Both the position numbers and the translations under genes were made by a program. Positions 54,540 to 64,000 of a stretch of 64,000 nt of DNA are shown here, piece after piece; position 1 is the stretch's first letter, and every line of letters starts with the position of its first letter. Source of the stretch: Chrysomallon squamiferum (Eukaryota > Animalia > Mollusca); contig CM022665.1 in the NCBI GenBank assembly GCA_012295275.1, positions 24,180,001 through 24,244,000 of the forward strand. The letters run 5' to 3'. The notes below the pieces were generated by a model. The model was not told the DNA's origin. It did not search any database and worked only from the letters and a program-made list of their open reading frames with translations.

Positions 54540-55265
54540 TAGTGGTACCTTGACTTGCCCCAACTTTCAAGTTTTTCAAGTTATGAGCAGTCACCTGGTC
54601 AGTTTTTTGCTTTGATTTGTGAGCCAATATCTGAGTTATTGGTGCAACGAACAACACAACATCTGCCCAGCATCCCACAACTCACTCATTTACTTCACGT
54701 GTTTACCTCACCATGAAAGCATCTCTGTTGTGTTTTGCATGTGTTTTGTGCTGAATTTTGCCAAATTTATTTTTTTCTGTCCATGGATCATAAGAAAGTG
54801 AGTGCAAAGGACAGTGCTGAGAAGAAGAAGCAGATTATATCCATTGAATTAAAGCTTGAATTCATAGATAAACATGAGTGAAGTGTGCATTTAGTCAACA
54901 AGGCTAGGCAGTATGAGTGTAGTACTTATACAATATGTACCATACTGAAGCAGAAGGAGTCAGTAAAGGTTGTAACTTCATCCAAAGGTGTAAAAATAAT
55001 TTGTCTGATCTCCAAGATAAATACACTTTACAAAACCAATTTATTTCTTTGCATTCTCTTTTATTTTGTTTTTATACAATATTTGTCATTTATAAATACA
55101 TTTTTCTTATTTAAAAACACGTTACAAAAAAATGAGGTGTTTTTTGGGGTGGCTGGAATGATTTAATGGTATATCAATTAATTTCAGTTGGGAAAATTGA
55201 TTTCATATACAAGCAAATTGAGATACGAGCTTGGTCATGGAATGAATTAAGTCAAGGTGCCACTA
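54540..55265 (+). mobile_element. Internally deleted, non-autonomous Tigger/pogo (Tc1-mariner superfamily) DNA transposon, 726 bp
   Basis: Terminal inverted repeats TAGTGGTACCTTGACTT (54540-54556) and AAGTCAAGGTGCCACTA (55249-55265) with one mismatch; TA on both flanks (54538-54539, 55266-55267); internal transposase 5' remnant. Confidence 0.9.
54783..55001 (+). pseudogene. Degenerate N-terminal fragment of a pogo/Tigger transposase (CENP-B N-terminal, psq-type HTH)
   Basis: MDHKKVSAKDSAEKKKQIISIELKLEFIDKHE*SVHLVNKARQYECSTYTICTILKQKESVKVVTSSKGVKII fits the TIGD1-like HTH pattern (KKK..ISIELK.E.I...LARQY..STSTICTILKQK); in-frame TGA at 54879; DDE domain absent. Confidence 0.85.
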
Positions 55266-57511
55266 TATTTGCACAACAAATCACACATACATTCTACATG
55301 CACTAATAAACACATTTATTTAATAGTATTTGCCAATGATTTTATTTTATTTTATCTTACAAATTATACAATCTCTATCGTATTTTTAATTTGTTTTTGT
55401 TTATTTTCATTTTAAACTAGTTTTTATTTAATTTTTTCTCTAATTCTTTTCAAATTTAGTACCATTTTCATTCAGTTATATTTTATTAAAACAAATTTTT
55501 TAATTTGTTATTTACATTAAATTTTGTTTTATTGACATTATTATGGGTTTGTCAAAGTCAAATTTAATTTAATTTTTTTTTATTGAATATTAATTCACAA
55601 ATATGTCAATCGAGACACAAAACCCTGTACTTAAACTGATGCATTTGATATTCCTTTTTGTTTTCAATTTTCTTTTTTCTTAATCAATCAAGTTTTCTAT
55701 TTTATTAAAAAAAAAAATAAAAAATAAAAATTCTTTTAAATGCTACCAGGTAATAACACAAAGTGAAATATGATTAACGGTTGAGAAAGACCTGTCATCT
55801 TGCACTATGACTGAAATAAACACACTAATGAGACAGTGACACTGAAATTGAATCCTAACAATTGAAATTAACATGCTTGCATGTCAGCCCGCAGAGAACG
55901 TTATTGATTACAAATGACGATGAAATAGATGCACCCTACAGTCTGCGGAGTGGATCGCGAGAGGGACGTAAAATGCACTAAATAACCACTTCTAAAAGCA
56001 TGTGTCAAGCCACGATAGCAACTTTTCGTGTGGTTTTTGGAATCAAGGCTTTTTTTGAGTTTTTTTGTGGAAAAGTTTGATTTTGGATTTGTGATGTTCA
56101 TTGCAGAATTGATTGTCTTAATGAAATTTGTGACTGGCTGATTGGAAACAAAATTTCAACGTCACTAATTTTTTTTTCTCTCTCCTTATTCTTGGTTTAT
56201 TTTTTCTTTTTTTTTTATTTTATCTTTCTTTCTCTTCTTCTCAGTATTTTTTATTCACAATTAATCTCTGTTTTTATCACACTTCACATTTTTACTATGA
56301 GATCGACCATTTTTCTTTGTAAAATGAGCACCAATATTTTGATATCCATTTTAGTGCTGATTTCCTTCTTAGATTTCTTCTGGGTTTTCTGGAGGGGTTA
56401 TTTAAGGGGGGGTTGAGAGGATTTATGAATCATTTGTCAGTTTTTCTGTTGCTAAAAGTATGGTAATTTGTGAGGGTTATCATAACAGTTAGCAATATAA
56501 TACAATGTTTTTTTACAAAATACTGTCCCCCACAAAATTTCTGCTCAGCATAGAATACATAATTACCCTCAGTGGTGAAGTTAATTATATAAATAAGTAG
56601 CTATGTAGATATCAAGATTAGTATACAAAGAGACATTGAAATATGATTCTTTATTTACTGAACTGTACACTGTCAAAATGTTTCTTATCACAATTATAAT
56701 TTTGCTAAATTTTCATAAGTGATGAATCTCCTGATCCATTGGTGTACTACAAAATTTTAGTGTACTGTATGTCACCATAAGAAAATCATGTACTGAACCG
56801 TATATTTTTTTTGTTTTCTTTTTGTTTTCTTTTTGTTTTATTGTTTTTTGTTGTTGTTTATTTTTTCATTCTTTTTAAAATGTGTTTGGTCAAAACTAAA
56901 CCCACCAGTAAGTCTGTGTACTGAAGTTTGTAATATTACATTTTAACTGAAAGCAGTCGCTAAATAACAAAAATACAATTGCCATTACATGTAAGTAACA
57001 ATAACAAGGGAAAGTTAATTTTCATGTCAGATGGAGAATGCTTTGACATACAAATAGAGCTTTGGAATATAGTTTAATGATGGAGTGAAAAAAAAAACAA
57101 AAAAACATCTGGTTATTCAAAAAACAATTTATCATTGCCATGTAATTTATTAATGAAATTATGTGAAATGAAGGGTGAATTTGTATAATATGGCTGAATG
57201 GTTGTAAGCAGCAACAAAAAAGAAAAAAAGAAAAAAAAAAAAAGAAACCTTAGAAAATTAATGTTTCACAAAATTTTTTATTGTTAGCAAATTAATGTTT
57301 TCACAACAAAAGAAAAACATTTTAAAAAATGTTTTGAATAAAAATCATTTTTTGTTTTGAAATTATTTTTTCAGATGCTTAATGTTTATTTTACCAGACT
57401 TTATAATCTAATACTGTTTACTTTTTGTTTTATATAAAAGATGGTGAATTTGAAATTCAAAAAACCTGTTTCATTCCTAGTATAATATTGATGATCTTTC
57501 TGTTCACTGTT

Positions 57512-57519
57512 TGTGTGTG

Positions 57520-57596
<77 letters not shown>
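57512..57596. repeat. (TG)n microsatellite
   Basis: Read directly. Similar AC/TG runs occur near 10981, 15152, 33583, 41897, 43324, 51678 and 60188. Confidence 0.96.
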
Positions 57597-57597
<1 letters not shown>

Positions 57598-60183
57598 CAT
57601 GTATATATGTATGTATGTATACTTTTAAATTAAAAAAAATATATATATATATATTGAAGGAAACAAAAAAGAGATATATATTTATTAAATTCTCAAATCT
57701 ATGAACATATATATATACACACACACATTTAAAACAATAAATACCAAATTTATATAAGGCAAATTATTAATAATTTTAAATTAAGAAAAAACAAAATGGA
57801 CGCCAAAAACAAATGAGGAAAAATAATAAAAATTTTCAGATTGTTCCATATTAAACCTGACAGTCATTTTCTCCTACAGCTATTCATCACTGTCATTATC
57901 TGTCATTTACAATACGATCACAACAGCATCCAACAAACCTGACATCTTCATTCATTTTTTTTTCTAATTCTTTTTTTTTTTTTACCTCGTTCTAACTGCA
58001 AGATCACTAACAATCCCTCAAGCTTTTGTTCATTGTAAAACATGTCTTTTGTTATAATCATTTGATGAAAAATTATTCCCCGGACTCCTGTGACCATGTT
58101 TTTTATTCCTTCTCCTTTTCGTCTTCTGCCTAGCAGATGGCATTTATTGCTAAAGGATTTGTGCTGTCAAAAGTTAGAGAACTTGTGCTTTATCTGCAAG
58201 AAGCTCATGCCACCCTCCCAAGTCAATTAAAATCTCTTTTCTCTTGTTGGCTTGTTAAAGGCAGCGATTAGCAACAATTTACAATGAAAAAGACGAAGAA
58301 GAAAAGAAATGGCTGTTTAATGAGATATTGCTAACTGGAGTGTAAACATGGTACTTGAAAACTGTGCTAGTTTTCATGGTGAGGGGTGTTTTTGTGTTGT
58401 GGTATTGTTGAGTTTTAACATTTTGTTGTGTCGTCTGTATAATAATATGTCAGTCTTTTCATTAATTCATAAGCTGACTATCCGTGATAATGTGAGTAAA
58501 TCATTATAAAGTTGTCTCGTCCTCACTTTATCAAGATCTTTTATTTACCTTTATATGAGATAATAACACACACAAACACACACACACATACACACAAACA
58601 CACACACACAATAAAGAAATAAAATTCTAGATCTTTATCAAAGCTAATTTTATTTCCTTTTATTAGTTTTCTTATAATAATATTATCATTTTACTTTATA
58701 TATATAAAATCATTTTATCTTAATAACCTTGGATAATGGTCCTTTTATATAAAATCCTTTAAAAACTACACATTATAAAAACACCACATTATAAAAACAC
58801 ATTAAGGAACATTATGACATGGAGACTCTTGTTGTTATAACTATACACAGTAAACAGTTGAAAAAAACCAACTGTATAAACTTCACATTGTTCACATGAC
58901 AATATTAATCCAGTACTTTGCAATGACTTAAAACTAAACTGAGTTACTTGAATTACAAGTAAACAAATTTCCATATTTAAACTTCAGTTACTATAAAATG
59001 ACCAAAAAATTTAAATAAAAATGTACTGAATTAGAACATTTACTTCGGATGATATTTTAACCTTACACTGATACATTTAAAATGTCAACAAATGTATTGA
59101 ATTACTTGAATTACAATTCTTGCATGTACATTCATTTACCTAAGATTATTTTTAAATGGTAATTTTTTTAAATCTGTTGAGCTACTGGAATTACAAGTAA
59201 ATTTACCTAGGATGACATTTATAAAACTACACTACAATAGCATTACAGCTCAACTTGTTCTCACACTGTAAGTTAATTCACTTACAAAACTGGATACTTG
59301 AAAATTAGTACTCCCACTGTTGTAAATTAGATAAAGCAATTACATACATCCTTTGTAAGCTGTATTCTGTTAGTTTGACTTTACACTAATGCTGTTTTCC
59401 TTTGATGTCATTTGTGTTGTCAGTTGGTGATACTAAACAAAATTTCTATTTGTGTGTGTTAAGTGACAATAGTGATGGCTAAACAAAATGCTTTAGGCAT
59501 GATAGATACTGGGATATATGGGGTATTTCCACTTTCATTGGCTACCATTTTCATGGAAAATTATCACACACACACAAAAAAATCTCTTTAGAGGTTTCTT
59601 TTTGTGTGTGTTTGAGTGAGAGAGAGAGAGATAGAAGACTGGAATAGTTAATCCAGAAAAAAAGTAGTAAATATATTTTCTAATATAATCATTTATAAAC
59701 AAAAATAATGCTGATACTAAAATATTTTGAGATGTCATTATTGAATCTGCACTGAAAATATGTTCTTTAAAACTGTAAAATTATCATTGTCTTTCCACAG
59801 GAAAAAAAAAAAAAAAAAAAAAGTACAAACAACTATGGAATGTTTAAGCTGAGTGACAGAATGTAGACAATTCAGTAATTATAAATTATAGATTGAGTGG
59901 TGAATAGGAAATGTTGTGTGATTAGGTGCACATGTTCACTTTATAAATAATAAACTACAGCAATAACATTACAAATGTGCTTAGCTTTTATTTTAATTGT
60001 TATTATTTTTTTATGTAAATCAATTTTCTGTCACACTAGTATATTCATGCAGGTATATTATAAAATATATAATAAAGTTGAATTATATAGGAGATATAAC
60101 TTATGATTTCCAGTTATCACATTGTATTTTGATTTGTCTGTATCTGAACCCTTTCATTCATCTATTATATATGTGCATCTGTC

Positions 60184-60237
<54 letters not shown>

Positions 60238-63200
60238 GGTGGTGTGTTGGTGTACAAAAGGGAGAGATGAGGGAAGTGGAAAAGAAAGAGGAAGAGGAAG
60301 AAAGAGAAAATGAATTTAAATTTAAAAACATAAAGATAACATCCTCTTTCTTAGACATTAATTTTCAGTTTACTAGAAACTTACCTGAATCAAAATCTTC
60401 CAAAGCTTAACAAACATATTTTCCAATGCATGAGAAGGTAAATAAAAAATATTGCTTGCTCTTAACTGGTAACTGTAACCCACGGAGCAGTATCAGTGGC
60501 TTTCCTTTCATATCATAATTATACAAGAAACATATGACTGACATGTAATATCAGTTGCTATTAAAATGTGCTGAGAAGTCATTTATCAAATGTTCGTTTA
60601 TTCTAATAGATGATCTGCTGTTTGAAGTATCAAGTATCAATTACTGTGACTGAGCATTAAGGCAGTTCTGTATAATATAATGTAGTCCCACCATATACAT
60701 TATATCACTGAATACTTAAGATAAAATCAGCTGTTACACTGGACGTGTAGATTAAGAAAAAAAACCTAGATAAAATAACTATGAAGTGTCAGTGATTGTA
60801 ACTGAGTGCTGTGTAATGTAATGCAGTCCTATGGAATTCATTACATCAAGAATACATATGATAACATGAAATGTTAACGCTGAACAATTAGATTAACAAA
60901 ACTATGTAGTTTAAAAATGAGATATAAAATAGTCATTTGAAATTTAATACACGTGCTTCACAACAGCTAGCTCTGATTAGCATGTTAATTTTTTTCATTT
61001 CATTTCATTTCAGTTTATTACATAACTGAATACTTATGATAAAATGAGCTGTTAACACTGGAGAACTAGATTCACAATGAAATTATCAATCATGTTAAAA
61101 TTACTTTAGACATAAATGATAATAAATTATTAACAGTGATTCAAGCACATTCAACATGGACAAGAACTTAGGTATATAAAAAAAAGTTTAATATATTTAC
61201 ATACAAAGTGATTCAGGTAAATCTGACATGGGAACAGTCTGTCTTTTTATAAAGAATATTAAATTCAGAACAAAATATATCACATATTATTATATGGTTA
61301 ATTTAAATCATGATTCCATCAAAGAACTGTTTATGGTTTTTCTGTCATGCTCACAGTCTCTGTCTTTATCATATAATTTTGTATAAGACAAGAAAGGGGG
61401 TAGATCCAGCAAAATTATGGGTGAGGGTAATTTTTTTTGACATTTCCATCAGAGATTTGCTGAGTCATGTTTGTCATTAACACAATCTGTGATATCACCA
61501 GAAAGAACAATACGTATTACTGTTTAATATACTTATAGGAGATCAAAGAATATTTTTGTTTTAAATCAGTTCATTCAGATAATATTTACAGTATAATTAA
61601 CAGATACATAAACAAACAAAAATATTAACAACATGCCTCAGATGAATGGTTTTGAATACAAATATAAAAGATCAAAGACTCTAACGAGAAATTACCTGCT
61701 CTGAGCATCAAGATGATACAGGTAATTGAATAAACAAGTTGTTTTATCAGCTCACACAGGTGTGAAAAACACTGATCTACCTATAGGTACTAATTATGAT
61801 CATTCAAGTATGACAATGACCCTGCTGTGACTGTGTTAACAAAAAAACTCCAAAGTAAACGAGATTATACTAAAACTGATTTATATAGGTACTACTAAGA
61901 GGAATGCTTTTGTTGGGATTAGTGAGGGATTACTGTTAAACATATATTTAGAAAAGAAGAAAAAAAGACAGTGAAAAGATCTTTCTTATTGGATGATACA
62001 GCACTCAAGTATGTTTTAATTGGATACTTCTACTTTTCCTGATAAAGAATGTTTTGTTTTTATTATTATTACTTTTGTTTTTGGATCTGACGCGAGCAGT
62101 TCTAGGTATAATATTCAGATGTGGAGTTTTAATATATTTTTTAAGCATATCAGAATTGTACTCTGAAAAGGTATAGAATTTGTGTTTTGTAATGGTTTAA
62201 TGTTACTAATACAAATAATGTTATATGTGAAAATTATTTACGTGGTACTTTCTGCATTTTCTTTTCATAATTAAGATGAAACCAGAACACTATCGATAAT
62301 TTTTATTATTATTACTGCTTCAAAATATAATGGTAAATTGTGAAAACATGTTTATCCTGAATCTAACTCTTTAAAAAAATACAATAACATTTTGCTATTA
62401 TTTTTAATTTTTCTCATACTATTTATATTAAGACATTAATTTTGCCTTTTTTGTATCACAGCAAACACTGACCATTAAATCCTTCATTAGTAAGAGTATG
62501 ATACTGAAGGGAGTAAGTCAGTTTTTTCTAGTGCCTCAGTCTTCAGTGATAATTTGATATGCTCAATTGTTTTTCTTTAATTGTACAGACAACTCATCTG
62601 AAAGGATTTTATACTTTTGCTTGATTATTTAAATAAATCATGTAAGTGTTTATAGGCATGTGTTATATATAAATATTATTATCATTATCATGACACTTCT
62701 CTTCATTACTAACTTTTATCAACAATGACGCTTAACTTTTTCTATTATATCTGACATGTGCTCAAAAATCACAGTTCACAAAGCACATTCTACTTTAAAA
62801 GATTACTATTAATACAATAATACTTTGTATTATATTGTTTTTAAACCGTTTTAAAATGACATACACTGAATGGTTTGAGGAAGTTGGTTTTCTTTTATTG
62901 TCTCTCATATATGAGTTATCAAATGGAGGCCAGGGAAAAGAAAATAATGTGATGTCAGATATAAAAATTTAATCTCAGTAAAAAAAAAATATGTGTCAGC
63001 TTTTATCAGGTATGTTTGTGTTTTTAAGAAATGTTGTTTATTTAAATAAGATTCAGAATTATAAAATATTACATTATAATAAAATAAGATAGGCAGTCTG
63101 TACATTTTTATGACATTTTAGTACTAAATAACCCCCTTATCAATTTATCTTCATAGTTTTTTTCCTTTATTTATTATTTTTTTGTTTGTTTGGTTAGTTG

Positions 63201-64000
63201 GTTTTTTTTTTTCTTTGTTTATTGAAGTTTTTATGTTTATTTTTTTATTGACTTTTTTTTCTCTCTCTCTTTCACTTATTGCCTGCCTGCCTGTTTCTTT
63301 CTCTCTTTCATTCTCGGGTTCTTTTTGTTTTTTCTTATCTATCTCTCTCTATTTATTTATTTTCCATTCCCTCCCTCTCTCTTTCTTTCTTTCTCTCTCT
63401 CTCTGTCTTTTTTCTCTCACTATCTGTTTATCTAAATATCTTTAAGCATCATTATTAACAAAATTTTTCCACTGCGCTCCCTTCCCATCCCATCCTATCC
63501 CAGTAACAGCATCCACTTTTTAATTACAAGATAGGATGATAAAAGGTAATTGAAAAAATATTTTAAAAACTGAGTTAAGTTACAAAATTACAGGTTTAGA
63601 GAAGCATAAAAAAATATAAAAGGAAACAAATTTTAAATGTGAAATAAGAAAAATATATATATTTTTTAAATTTTGAAATGTGTTTCTAGCAGATAACAAA
63701 ATGAAAACATAATTAAAGATATAAAGAAATAAAAAAAAAAAAGTTAAAAAAAAGTCGAAGACTAATATTATTAACAACTTGTGTGGCTGTTCATTATTAA
63801 AACTTCAACTTTGTACAGAGTTGACCTTTCTGACCTAATGTGTGTGGTGGTGACATAACAGTTCACCCCTAAAACACTTATAGTGTTGTATTTCGTTATC
63901 CACTGACTCAGGCCTTGTTTCGGGGGCAGGGTGAGGGCTGTTTGAAGCCCTGAATGAACACAAGATGTCTCTTATACAGGTGCAGTTTTACTGTCAAGTT

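Larger units (their letters stand above)
35874..64000 (+). other. Long intron of the KIF26-like gene, apparently extending past the window end
   Basis: Starts with gtaagt; no downstream segment resembling KIF26 sequence found by eye; CpG-depleted, with many T-rich tracts on the plus strand. Confidence 0.65.

Overview
This is AT-rich, microsatellite-dense animal genomic DNA with spliceosomal signals and no operons, probably from an invertebrate (mollusc-like, which is inference only). It holds the 5' part of one large plus-strand gene. The exon at 34977-35873 encodes CQHCNGCLVDLKRQALRLMFP, which I recognise from memory as the conserved N-terminal motif of KIF26 (kinesin-11 family: KIF26A/KIF26B, Drosophila CG14535). 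Three upstream segments can be joined to it in frame through phase-0 GT-AG junctions: two candidate alternative first coding exons (7732-8520 and 21161-21187) and a 171-nt exon (27769-27939). No further KIF26 exon was found, so the intron starting at 35874 appears to run past the window end (>28 kb), and the motor domain is not in this window. Intronic DNA contains an internally deleted Tigger/pogo transposon (54540-55265), a 27-bp minisatellite with an 80-bp higher-order unit, a 49-bp-arm inverted repeat and several decayed tandem repeats. The most notable observations are two consecutive exons starting with a near-identical AG|AGTGAxAGAAACATG, a sharp CpG-rich to CpG-depleted boundary at about 26.9 kb, an SxIP motif confined to a skippable exon, and a candidate poison exon or recursive splice site at 46031-46074. 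I found no convincing new biological system. All calls were made by eye, without database searches.
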